From: Callorhinchus milii
Taxonomy: Eukaryota
Reading direction: 5' to 3'
DNA length: 64,000 nucleotides
Assembly: GCF_018977255.1 (NCBI RefSeq)
Contig: NW_024704743.1
Location: 27,344,001 to 27,408,000 of the forward strand
Shown piece after piece: positions 51,571-64,000 of the stretch (its first letter is position 1; each line of letters starts with the position of its first letter). The position numbers and the translations under genes were made by a program. The notes under the pieces were generated by a model. That model saw only the letters and a program-made list of their open reading frames with translations, made no database searches and was not told where the DNA came from.

Positions 51571-53118
51571 ATTAATTGAAAGACAAATTATTTTTAAGAC
51601 CTCAGGAAAACTGGCTTCCAAATTTAGCCCGGGTTTAAGAATTTTCCACAATTCTGTGCAATCCTCACTTTAAAGCCAAAATTGTCTTTCAGTCTAACAC
51701 TAGTTGGAATTTTGGACCTTACATTCATAAAGAGGCAAATGATGATTTAAGATCAACCGTGTTATCGAATCGAAAATTCACTTTAAAAAAATCAAATTAA
51801 TTGGCTACTCACTTCAACGTTGTTTGTGGATGTTTCTGATCCAAACTAGCTTCGCTAGGTTCGCCATATAACAATATTCGCTGAAATTTTAACTCTTACC
51901 TTTTTGCAAAGGACTTTGAGATTTATTTTATGTGAAAACTGTTCTATCGATGTGCACTGTTTCAAATGGTTTTGAATCACAATTGGATGATTCCTGCAGC
52001 ATGTTTAGCCGAGTTGATACTACTTTACATTGACAAAGATATTTTCAGAGACGCATTAAAAATTTCACTATCATTTTCTTCTCCATCTTCTCAGTGCACA
52101 TCCCTTTATCATGTACACATTCTGTTTTTTTGTTCAATGTGCATAACTTTACATATCTCTAGACTAAACTCCATCTGCTTTTCCTCGTCTTGCTCACCTA
52201 ATTACTCCACATCCCTTTGAATGCTATACATTTCCTTAATGTTCATCATCTGGTTACTTAGCTTGGTGCTGTCAGTGCATTTGGCAACCATTTTATCAAC
52301 AAGAAGTTCTCAAAATAAGTCAACAGTGACTCTTAACATATTGTTTAAAGCCTCTACAAGTTATTCTTGGCAATCGCTGGAGATGATTCCAGTTGCAAAC
52401 TTTTTTTTAAACAGTCATAATAGTTAGGAATAACAATAATAGCAATAGTTTGTTAGTAATAGTCTGAAGGTAATATTTTCTTGTGATATCATTTTCTTAT
52501 TTGTAGTTTCCACAGCCAATATCGCTCCACTGTCTATGTCAGTCCTTCTGGCAAATCTATACATTGTAGCAGGAAAGCATGATCCTCCCTCAGCTGGCTG
52601 TCTGTTTCATGTCCCCCAGACTATTTGCCCCACCATCGGAAGGTGGGCTTTTAATCATTCTGCCCTCACTCTCTGGAAATCCATCCCAGAATCCCTCTGA
52701 CTCACTCCCACCCTCCCCTCATTCAAGGCTCATCTCGAAACCTCAATCTGACTGCACCTTGATCATCTTTCATGTCCACACCCAGCTCGAATCCCACATC
52801 AAACTCATGTGCCCATTCAGCATTGTTAAGCACTTTGAGACATCCTCCCAACATGAAATGATATAGATGAAAATTATACTCTACTATATGGTAGATGATC
52901 AATTAATGTAAATAGAAACATTAACATTAGACAGTGTGGTCATGCACAAAACTGAGCCATTTTAGAAGCTTGGGTAAGTGCACAGATCATTTTAAGTCAT
53001 CTTTTAACACGTGCTGTTACTGGGTTTTGTTGAAGAGCTTCATTGTTACTGAAATAACGTCTGGATCTCTCTGCTTCATCCATCACATTGAATTCACTGA
53101 AGAAAATAAGTTTAGGAG

Positions 53119-53191
53119 TTTCAAACTGCTAGTAACTTACTGGATACCTTTTTCACCAAAAGGTATCCAGTAAGTTTCTAGCAGTTTGAAA
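53119..53191. repeat. Near-perfect inverted repeat (34-bp arms, 5-nt loop, 1 mismatch)
   Basis: tttcaaactgctagtaacttactggatacctttt TCACC aaaaggtatccagtaagtttctagcagtttgaaa. Confidence 0.95.
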
Positions 53192-54590
53192 TCCCTATTA
53201 AATAGGTGAAATGGCAGAGTGGACCCGGTTATTGATGGAATGACTTTCATGCAATGAATGAAGTGGAAGAAAATGAAATAAGCATTATCAGTGACAGCAA
53301 AACAATGGGTGAATAGCAATTTAAAAGAATGCTTACACGATTCCTACAGGTATTAATGCTTTTTCCTTTTCTTTTTAAGACACATGATTTACTCTATTAA
53401 CCATCTAAATGGGTTTTGAGTCCAGAATCAATTACAAATTAATGCATGTGCTTGCAGATTTTCTGCTTACTATATCAGTTCTATAGCAACTGACAAATTA
53501 ACCCTATCAACACAAATTGACCTAAATTATCACCAAACATTCTCTTAAATGGCTAGAGAGAGTTTCCATCAATTCTCATGAGCAATTGTGCAGTTATATT
53601 AGTTTGACATAATTGCCATGGACTTTTATTTTATTCATTGACATTTTAGAAGATTGCTCGTAGATGACGATTGAAATCAGAATTCAGGACAATTTGTGAC
53701 ATTTCTTAACCTATTCCATGTGTACATTAGCACAACGAATGGATTAAGAAATACCACACGTTTACCCCTATATGTGCTTGTCTTCAGTTCCAAGAGCCAG
53801 ACTACACTACAGAATCTCACCAAAGGCTGTTTTTCACATCTGAGCCAAGGCAGTGAATGTTGGCAGATTATTCAATCATCATTAAATATCACTGTTAAAT
53901 CCAATTCTGTCCTCATCTGAAGTCCGCACATGCTCACTTTCTAGCAATGGTTCCTGGCTACTCATCATGAACACGAATCAGGAATGACTTCCTACCCAGG
54001 AGGCAATGATATTTAGTTCACACTGTACAAGTGTCTTCATCCATTAAAAATCAAAGCAAGCTTATTTAATGTACGTTACAAAAAAAAGAGCTGTAAACAT
54101 ATTGCAGCATCATTTCATGGCAACAATTTAAAAATCCCTTTGAAGTTAGAGTGTAACATTTACAATAACATGCTCCAGTTCTGCCTTATATCTTCTTTTG
54201 TAATATGCTACTGTTTCATTTTATTTCATCATAATGGGCAAATTGTAATTTCATTTGTGTCTTGCTGTAATCTCAGTATTAGTTGCGCCAAGTTGGACCT
54301 GGAGTCAGTACTTTATTTTTCATTAAACTGTTACCGAGACATAGAAGCAGTGCCTGACCCAAGTGACAGTATGCTAGTAATATGGTTGGTATTGGCAAAA
54401 ACTGTTGTTTTGTATCCCAAGGCAGGAATTTTGGCAAATCAATTTTGTTCATTTCTACATGAGGTGCCTTTAATATTAAACCATTTTACTAACTCTGTGG
54501 GTAGAAATTCTATCTGGGTCTAGATTTACTCTATTTAGCTAACATTTATGAACATCCAGAATTTGGCAAATTCTTGAATTCAGCCTTATG

Positions 54591-54777
54591 TAGAGTCCTG
54601 TAGCTTAAGCGGTTAGAGAACTTGCCTCACAAGCAAGAGACCTGGGTTCAATTCCTGGCAGGGCGAAACCTTAGGCAAATTTCCTTACTCCACATGCCTC
54701 TGTTTACCTAGCAGTAATTAGGAACCGATTGATAGTCGATTGGCCAATTGCTTTTCTGGGGGTAATAATTCCTTAAA

Positions 54778-54808
<31 letters not shown>

Positions 54809-54980
54809 TGGTCACTCAAGCCACGACTGTTTATGAGAAACTGTTGTGAGCATTTGGCTGTCGCATTTCACCCACAAAATATACACTGAATTTGCTTTAC
54901 AGTATATCCTGTGAAGTGTTTTGAGATGTCTCGAAGATGTGATAGGGTACTATGTCAATAAAAATGAAAGTATTATTATT
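54591..54980 (+). mobile_element. CORE-like SINE, long subfamily, with internal (aat)n
   Basis: gagtcctgtagcttaagcggttagag head, central segment and tail. Confidence 0.88.
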
Positions 54981-55669
54981 AATTTATTCAAGTATTATGG
55001 CTACATAAAAATGTTACATGAATAGAATGAATCTGGACCCTGGTCAAATTTTCCCCTTGATGCTCAAACAGATCTCAAAAATAACAACATTTTAAATAAC
55101 TCTTGTGCACTGCAATTACTGTCACTAAATTATTATCTTAATCTTGCTTAAACTGTTACCTTTAATTTCCTAAATCAGTTAAAATTTATATACGCTGTAA
55201 TTAAAAAAAACAACTCTGATCAGCTCTCTATGAACAAAAACTTCTGAAGCATTTTAGGGATCAAAAACCTAGAATGCGGTTTGTTACAATTGAACCAACA
55301 ATAATAAACCCTTATCCTTGCATTTGGTATCGCGCTTTTCACGTCTTCTCGACATCTCAAAGCACTTCATATGCTGCAAAGTGAATTGACCATATATTTG
55401 TGGGCGAAATATGATTCTTCTCAAACAGAATATCAAAGTAGATAATAAAAATCATCATTGTATTTGATATAGGACTTTATAACCTTGTTGAAACGTCTCA
55501 AAGCTCTTCATAGGATTCACTGTAGAGTTCAGTGACTCAGTATATGTGATCAAACGTGATAGTCAATTTGTTCCATAAACAACCATGAAGAGAATGATCA
55601 ATTCTTCAAGCATGATGTCCCATTTTCAGCTAGTATATAATCCCCATGTATCCCCTCCCCATGTATATA

Positions 55670-56000
55670 ATGGAGACCCAAGTTCAATTCCTGGACATGG
55701 AAAAATCTTAGGCAAGTTTCCTTACTCTACATGCCTCTGTTTACCTAGTGGTAAGTAGGAACCTGGCTGTCAGTCGATTGGCGGATCGCTTTTCCAGGGT
55801 AATAAACCCTTCAAGAAAAAAACAATTTGGTCACTCAATCCATGACTGTGAGACACTGCTATGCGCAAGAGGCTGCTGCCTTTCATTCACAAAATACAGT
55901 CAATTCACTTTACAGTATATTCTGTGAAGTGCTTTGAGTCATCTCAACAACGTGATATCAAAATAATATCAAACAATATCAAAATGCAAGGATTATTATT
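55670..56000 (+). mobile_element. CORE-like SINE, long subfamily, 5'-truncated
   Basis: B box gttcaattcc, central segment and tail. Confidence 0.85.
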
Positions 56001-56823
56001 AAAATTGTTTCCTTTCCTGTTACCTCAGTTTGGTGGCTGCGGTTATTTTTGCTTGTGTTATTATCTTATTATCATGTTATCATATGTATCCATGCTGTTA
56101 AGGTATACCATTCAGTTCCTTGCATTTGTGTATGAGTTACTGTAAATATTTAAAGACTTATGTGAGCATTTTGAATGAAACTCCCCTTAACTTTAAATAC
56201 TTCTGTCCTGCGCCTATTTGAACTTTCGAAATACTGTACTTTTGATAACTAGTCAATTGTGATAAAAAGTTATGTGAGTTATTCCCCTCGGAGTGACGAG
56301 TTATCAGAATTTCACTATAAATATTTATAGAAAACACAATGAACGATTATTCGAGGATAAAATTACTCTCAGAATCTCTTTATAAGCCTTCAGTGTCCCA
56401 ATATTTCTCATGCTTTAAGACAATTGTCTTAAAATATAAGGTCTTGCAGAATTCCATAAAATTCTTAAATGCAGTACAATACAAATTACATTAATATAGC
56501 ACCTTTCACATTGGGAAATATTTCAAAGCGCTTGACAATTTATCTGAGCTAGGGGTGGGAGTTGAGGAGAGTGGAGACGGGAAAGATGATTGAAAGCACA
56601 ATCAAACGGGTGCATTTAGAGGTTTGCCTTGAAAGAGGACATGGAAGGCATCAGTTGGAGGTACTCCGATGGAGTTCTATCCATGGTGGGATGAATATGA
56701 CGAGGAACGTGAAGTAATTGCTCCCTGGACCCCTTGGTAAAACCATTGGTGGTTGTGCCTTTAGCCATTATACCTCTAACCTCTAGAACTCCCTGCCTCA
56801 ATCCCTCCACATTGCCCCTTCCT

Positions 56824-57151
56824 TATAATAATAATAATAATAATAATCCTTGCATTTGATATAGCGCTTTTCACGTCGGGAGGACGTCCCAAAGCGCTTC
56901 ACAGAACACACTGTAAAGTGAATTGACTGTATATTTGTGGGCGAACACGGCAGCCAATTGCGCACAGCAATGTCCCACAAACAGTCGTAGATTGAAAATG
57001 ACCAATTTAATTATTGTTTTGGGTTTTTGGAGGGATTATTATTAGGCGTGTGGAGTAAGGAAACTTGCCCAAGGTTTCGCTCTGCCTGGAATTGAACTCA
57101 GGTCTCTCACTTGCAAAGCGAGTGCTCTAACCATTGAGCTACAGGACTCCA
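56824..57151 (-). mobile_element. CORE-like SINE, short young subfamily, inserted in an older L2 3' fragment (about 56740-57310)
   Basis: Near-exact reverse complement of 44244-44565; L2-like sequence continues on both sides. Confidence 0.92.
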
Positions 57152-58289
57152 CGATCTGTCTTTAAAACCCACTTTAAGACCTAATCCTTCAACTGGACCT
57201 ATGATCACCTTCCCCTCTCCCATCCTCATTGGTCAGCGTCTAACAACGGTATTGTGCTCCAAGACATTATCCTCTGTGACAAACGCTATATAAATACCAA
57301 AATGTTTTTGATGTTAGTTGCAGTGAGGGAGTTAACACCCGAACAAGATGCAGCAAAATACTTTCTTCTCTGTAGTAATTTTTTTATGATTCTATCCATC
57401 CTCTTGTACTTTCATTAGATGTTGCTAGCTCAAAATTCCATTTAATCTTTGTCTGTAAAATTGCTTGCCTTAAAATTTAAGATCATCCAGAACTGTGGAG
57501 AGTTCTTACACATAGTCTTAAATTGAAAACCAGTTTCGTTCCAAAAATTGCAGGAAAAACAGCTTCTAAATTCAATGTAAAATTAAGAATTTTTCCAAAA
57601 TCCGGAATGATCTCCTATTTTAAAACAGAATTGGTCTTACAGACTACAATTGGGTGGGATTTAAGGCTTTGTATTGTTGTTTACAATAGCAGTGATCAGT
57701 CACTACAATGAACAAAATATCTATGATTAAAGCAATATTAATGAACTTGTTTCATAAATGGATTTGAATTTACAATTGTTTGCCAGTCCTGAATAGGAGT
57801 GTAAATATCATTTGCTTGACCCAGGGGCTGAAGAAAGTGTTTGTGGCAGAAAAATAGCATCTATTTCTTTGCTCTTCATTTTCTCTAATTTAGCAAAAAG
57901 ATAAAGAAAATGTCAGAGTTCAGTTCCGGCTTCACAGCAGCCTTTATTCTGGCACAGAGAAGCTGATCTTTAAAAGCTTCTATTGAGTTGTGCTAAATGT
58001 GCCTAATTACAACTTATTTGCTGATATCACAATTATAGAATTGTCTCTTAAGCAAAATAAGTCAAGTGAAAATGCAACGTATGGAATTCGACCTGCTGTA
58101 ATATGTAGCCTTAAGAGAAATAAGCAAAGCTCCAGCAGTTTTACTCTTCAGCGTAGACGTTGTCTGTCAGAGGCAGAGATAAAGCCACTCAAATAATCAG
58201 ACAGTCTGCTTCTGGTTCCTTCAAAATCACAGCACTGCTCGAATATGTGTATGTCTGCTTCTGGTTGAAGTGGTACTTGGTATTGAAAG

Positions 58290-58520
58290 GGGAATCATCA
58301 TCAGGCATGTGTTATTCTAGCAACGCCTCTCATCATGTTAAATACCTGAGTCATGTCTTCACTCAGTCTTCCTTTCGAGAACTCAGCCAATTCTGCGAGC
58401 CTGCTCACATCATAGAATCTCCATCCAGCAATCATCCTTGTTGCTCTTCTCTGAACTCTCCCCAAATCAATAGATCCTCTTGAGGGAAAGGGCCGAAACA
58501 TACACCCATTGGGGTGAAAA
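58290..58520 (-). mobile_element. CR1 LINE ORF2 fragment
   Basis: LGRVQRRATRMIAG...RLAELAEFS.GRLSEDMTQVF resembles CR1 LERVQRRATKM...RLRGDLIEVY. Confidence 0.8.
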
Positions 58521-58779
58521 ATTCAATACAACAACAGGGGCACATCCCAAAACACTAAAATACTTTTTGAACAGATTTGATGCAGACAATCTGAGGAATT
58601 GAAGCTAAAAAAGTATCCTTAAAAAACAAAAGTTAATTTCTCTCTGCCCTCTCTATTCTGTGAATAATCACATCGATCTGTTCTGATATGTTGTATTTTT
58701 CATCACAGGGTTCCCAATAAGTGATATGTAGAAGAAAAGAACACTCTTCATTTTGCTTTATAATGGTCCCGAGATCCAT

Positions 58780-59110
58780 CCTCATGCTTGATTTGCACGT
58801 TTGATAACAGATTTACACGACTGCAGTGACTGGTCAGTAATTAAACCCAATTCCTTTTCTTTCTCCAACTTTGAGAAGGACATTCATTCATCATGTGCCA
58901 TGTGTTCTTTTCCAGCGTGCATTGCTTCACAATCAACCACATTAAAAGCCATCAATCATTCCTCAGCTCATCTGTTCCATTTGTCTGAAATCCTTTGCAT
59001 ACCATCAATTTCTCTTACACTGCTCACTACCAGTGTGATGTTATCAGCGCATTTTGTAATGTTGATGAAGGTACTTTCCTCTAAGTTATTATGACTCATG
59101 TTAAACGGCA
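58780..59110 (-). mobile_element. CR1 LINE RT fragment, decayed
   Basis: Minus strand reads roughly KCADNITL...WAEE.LMAFN, i.e. a decayed KFADD...W..KW.M.FN region. Confidence 0.55.
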
Positions 59111-61674
59111 CATAACGCAGAGGACAATAACAGCAACTTGCATTTATATAGTACTCTTTATTTTGGTATTGTCTTGCATCACTGTACAGTAGCGGGATTT
59201 GACGTGAGGAACGGAGAAGTGGGAGGGGGAAGATGCATAGGCACAGTTGAAAAGGTAGGTTTTAATATCTCTATCTTGTTCTTCTTTATCCATCTTTAAA
59301 TCTCGGTGGGATTCAGAGATAAATAGGGGTAAAGCAGAGGGATTGAGGCAGGAATTTCAAGAAAACAGGGGGTGATGAAGGGTGCCTGTTCATCAGACAA
59401 AGCCTTTCAACAACAACAACAACAACAACAACTTGCACTTATACAGTGTCCTCCACGCAGAGTGCTTTCCGTAACGATCCCTGCAAAAAAAATGAGAGGA
59501 ATATTAGAATCCATTTTCCATTCTAAATCAATTTTCAGCTAAATTCAGCTGATTTTTTTAAATTTAGAAGCCATAACCTTTTACAGAGACCTGTCCCTCT
59601 TCTTTTCAGTGAAATCAGGACTATACCAAAATGTTTGATTTAAAAAGAAAAAAACTCATATCAAATTGCATCAGCATTCGTCATCGCTAAATGTTATCGG
59701 TGAGTACTTTTATCCGGTTTTATGAATATGTAGCAGACAATGCTGATGCACCTGCATTATTGGTGTCAAAACAGCAGCAGTTTGCAACAAAATTCACTTT
59801 TTGAGTAGTACCACAAAAATTACATTTGTATAGCACCTTCTCATTTTAGTTGTCAACTCGTACCATAGGATCTTTAACATCCACCTAAAGAAGCAGACGG
59901 GACCAGTTAGGTAAGCATGGTTTGTCCCTGTCCCTGCACATTTCATTCCTGCTACAGGAAAATGTCTATGTGTCGGTGGTATGCATGTATGGAACTCTGT
60001 TACTTTGAAGCGTGTTAGACACCTGGCTTAACCCCCCACCCCCCCACCAAGCTGACTTACGTGCTGTTCTTGTTGGAATTGAAACAGAAGCATTGTAGGT
60101 TTGCATCCTTGCTGAGCTATGAAATGATCCACCATCGGTTGTTTATGGGCTCCTGGTAGAATGGGCACTCATGTTTGCAGAATCTGTCAGATGTATTTCT
60201 TCTTGCAATGTGATTTGCCCTGAAGAGAATTCCTTTATCTCTGCACTGGAGCCACAGATAACTGATTAACTCTGCATAGCATTGTGAATGTTACACCTCA
60301 CATGATGCATTTGGATGTATTCTGAGGTATTGTCTTACTAAGCCTGTACCATGCAATCTGTCAAAAGGCCCTGAATATTCTGCAGGAACAAGCAGGAATT
60401 ATAGAGTTCTAGTTTGCTTATGCACTTGCTTGTTTCCCTGTGTACTTCAACAGCAAAAGGAAAAAAAAGGCAGACAAGAAAAACATTTTTCCAAGAACAT
60501 TTTACCAATGCACTAAACAAAGAATAAAAATACTCTTATAATATTTTTTACAGAGCGTACACCACGTATATTATGCTATCAAAACAAAATATAAATGGCT
60601 TGCAATTTTCCAAACTTCAAGATCAAACACAAATGAAGTATGAAACATATCTATTGTTAACACTTTTCTCCTACTTGTAGCATAAATACATATTCAAATG
60701 AAAATGGATCATTCATTCCATTTCTAATGTTGCAGCAATCTCATGGGTTAAATATAACCATATGTTCAGGTACTGTGTGATTTCCCCACGGAAAAATCCA
60801 ACAATCATTTATTCCTAGCATAAAGAAGATAAGATGCATCGGAGAATGGAATGGATTCCCCTGGTGATATGACACTCTGGTTGTCTGTTGGGAAGATTAT
60901 GACATGGTTGACGAAAGCAGCACATGGATTCATACACTCAGGCAGTCCTACAAGGTATGCTTCACTTACAACTTTCATGACCCTGGTGGCAGCTCTCTGG
61001 ATGCACAGTAGTTTCACAAAACAAGATCCGAAAATTTGGATGGACAAATACTTTGGACCTTATCCCCAAGGAGCAGTAAGTATTGATGAATCGGGTGAAT
61101 CAATGGATAGAGCAGTAGCTAATGAGGGTGAATGTGTATAGTCTGATGAAAGAAGAGACTGACTTAATTGGCCAAGTAGCTGTGTTTCATTCTATGTTTT
61201 GAGTTCTTATATAGGTTTATTTCACTTACAGTGATTCCTTATACCCATGTACAGTATATTCCCTTTCAGCATCGGTCTCTAGGATTCCTACAATATAATT
61301 AATGGTTGCCACCAGTGCTTCTAATTCCTTTATTTTGTTTTGAAATCTTATGCCATCTACGTATTTAAGTCTACTTTTAATCATCAGTTTCATTTACTTC
61401 TTCATCTGGCTTGTTGGCTTTCGTTGCCTGAGGCTTTCTTTGATATTTTTGACAATTCATGGAATTAATTTCTGCTTTTTTGTTTAGTCCTGTTTTCACC
61501 ATTACCGTTAGTTCCAACCTTTATTATCTCCTCCTCATCGGTAACAATCCTGAGATTATTATCTGCCAAGGCATTCTTGCTCACCTTCAAATATTGTTCA
61601 ATTTAATCACAATGGCTGTTTTTAATATTTTGTACTGACAGCATAACTCCCCATTTAGTTAAGTATGTATGTCA

Positions 61675-62052
61675 ACCTGACTCAACTGATAGAATTCTTG
61701 CCTCAGAGTCAGAAGGTTGTAGGTTCAAGCCTTAAGTTAGGACTTTGAACTGATAGTCTTGGCTGAGACTCCAGTGCAATGCTGGGGTACTGCTGCACTG
61801 TTGTAGGTGCTATCCTTTGTATGAGATGATAAACTGAGATCCTTCCTGCCAATTCAAAAAGAGATCGGAGTTTCTCTCAGTACACTGACCAGCAAACCCC
61901 CAAATAAAATTGGTCGTTTACTTTGTGACTGTTTGTGGGACTTTATTATGTGCAAACTTACTGCTGTGTTTCATCTACAAAATACACTGTTATATTATAT
62001 TACAATATATCCTGACACATCCTCCTGATATGAAAGATGCTATACCAAATGT
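61675..62052 (+). mobile_element. Deu-domain SINE
   Basis: cttgcctcagagtcagaaggttgtaggttcaag head; ggctgagactccagtgcaatgctggg; shared tail. Confidence 0.8.
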
Positions 62053-62054
62053 TA

Positions 62055-62397
62055 GTATAGAGGGGTAGAGGAAGAGTGTACCAGAGTTTTGGCATGTAGT
62101 GGCTGAAAGCGTGGCATCCAATGGTGGAACGGAATGCTTGAGGGACACGCAGAAGGCCAGAGCCAGTTCAGTGGAGGCAGCGGGTTGCGGGTTGGTGGGG
62201 AGGCAAGCAGGTTGGAGAGATAGGGAGGTGTCAGGGTATGAAGGGATTTGAAAGCGGGTGTGAGGATCTTGAGATAGATCTTTTCGGTGATAGGGATCCA
62301 GTGTAGCCTGGCTAGAATTAGTACGATGGGGTTGAGCACTTTAGTGCAGATGAGTATGCGGGCGATGAAGTTTCGGATCAGCTGGATCCTCTGCATG
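62055..62397 (-). mobile_element. L2 LINE ORF2 C-terminal fragment
   Basis: IQLIRNFIARIL...LARLHWIPITEKIYLKILTPAFKSLHTLTPPYLSNLL. Confidence 0.85.
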
Positions 62398-64000
62398 GTT
62401 TCCGTTATCTAGAATTTAACAGATTTCTGTTATCTAGAAATTCAATGTCCTCCTACACACACTATACCTCACCAGACTTTGAAGTTCAATGATCTGCTTG
62501 CTCTTTCCATGTTCCCAGATAAGCAACCAATTACTTTGATTTTGGAGGAAATATAAATCAGGACAACCAATTACTTTGAGCAGGACTCCCCCAAAGTGAC
62601 ACCAGAAGTTCTGTTTCAGTGATGATACAGATGGAGAATGCTACACACAGCCCACAGACTCATTTGAGTGGAATCAGACACTTTCGTGGATTCACATAGA
62701 TTGTACAGCACGGAAACAGGCATTCGGCCCAAATAGTCAGTGTTGGTACGATATCACCTTGTTGATATAGCACCTTATCATGGAAAACTGTGCTTTGTTT
62801 CGCTTCATTTGAGAGGATAACAAATCATTTTTTATTTGCAGCACTTTGCTCCACTTTATAACCACCATCTTCTTCCAATTCTATCGTAATGCTACATTTC
62901 AAACTCCTGTACAATACGAGTAATAACCCTTGCATTTGATATAGTGCCTTTCATGTCCAGAGGACATCGCAAAGTGGTTTGCAAGATATAGTGTGGTGAC
63001 TGTATGTTACAACCAAAGCTTGCTCATCTATGGATACCTTGGGACAAATTTGGAAAACCATGGTAATTGTTTTGAGCATTTCAGCATATCAGCAATCGCG
63101 TTGAGGTTTTTAAAAATGTGCATCGTGTATGAATGAATACCTAAGAAACAGGTACATTCTAAATTATCATGTGCACACAGTGATTCAACATGGACCAATC
63201 AACTGGCACGTCTTATTTTGGTCCAGTCCCCAAGATCTGTTGATCAATTTATCTTGCTACATTTACCCGACTGCCTCACCAGTCAGTTTTCTCACTTATC
63301 TGATGACGGTACGACAATTTGTCGGTACGCACGGTGTGCTGATATTCGTGTACAGGCAGATTTTTTTTGTAGTATATGCACGATTTTGCATGAACGCGAT
63401 CTCTGCATATGTATATTAATCAAATATTGCCACTCAGTTCAATTTGTATTTATTTTACTTCATTGAATGCAAGAGTGAAATATTTACCACAAAATACACA
63501 ATCAAATTCACTTTACAGTATATCTTGTGAAACGCTTTCAGAAGTCTCAACAACATAATGAGGTGCTATATCAAATGCCAGGATTATCATTATTGTTACT
63601 TCCACACATTTATTTTTCCATCCTTATTATTTGTTACTTTATTTCATGTAACCTGATTCTACTACAAATAATAATAATAAACCTTGCCTTTGGTATAATC
63701 TTTTCATGCAGTCAAAATGTCTCAAAGTACATCATAGGATTTTACTGTAAAGTGTAGTGACTGTGTATTTGAAGGTTAATTTGTATTTGATGTTCACCTA
63801 CTGTTCTGCTTGTTGTGGGCGTAAAGGGGATACAAACACACTTTTCTTTCCAAAATTCCTTTCGGTTTTCCAATTCCACTCTTACTCATTCTCTACATTT
63901 CAGGCAGGAGTAGAGCATTGATCCATCTGGCCCAATTTCCGTAAGATTTCTTTCAAGTATGAATATTGCTTTCCTCTGATCTAATTTGCTTTTACTTATT

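Noticed and set aside
60819..61141. 96-aa ORF and an alternative frame with an in-frame TGA (GFPW*YDT), considered as a selenoprotein exon
   Set aside because: No recognisable selenoprotein family or SECIS; the minus strand has a CR1-like IQRAATRVM motif and a CR1-like tail follows, so decayed LINE sequence is more likely

Overview
Eukaryotic, AT-rich, repeat-dense DNA with no intact protein-coding gene that I can recognise. It reads as a long intron or intergenic region of a cartilaginous fish; a chimaera/elephant-shark-like genome is my inference from the repeat families, not a database result. The main contents are two tRNA-derived SINE families (one with a MIR/CORE-like middle, one Deu-domain/SacSINE1-like) that share an L2-type 3' tail. 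There are also many decayed L2 and CR1 LINE fragments, including two ~1.3-1.45 kb frameshifted L2 reverse-transcriptase pieces. Other elements are two Penelope-like fragments with degenerate minimal hammerhead-ribozyme motifs, a hAT-type non-autonomous transposon with an 8-bp TSD, and a probable RTE remnant. A 2.9 kb (CA)-rich compound satellite with a ~1 kb higher-order duplication produces all the long His/Thr and Cys/Val ORFs. The most notable unexplained items are a near-perfect 34-bp-arm hairpin (53119-53191), a well-bounded 44-nt minus-strand candidate exon (18714-18757), an unnamed old repeat present three times, a possible solo LTR and a CpG-rich palindromic segment near 63.1-63.4 kb. 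I found no CRISPR array, rRNA, bona fide tRNA or convincing novel gene system. Repeat boundaries are by eye and approximate.
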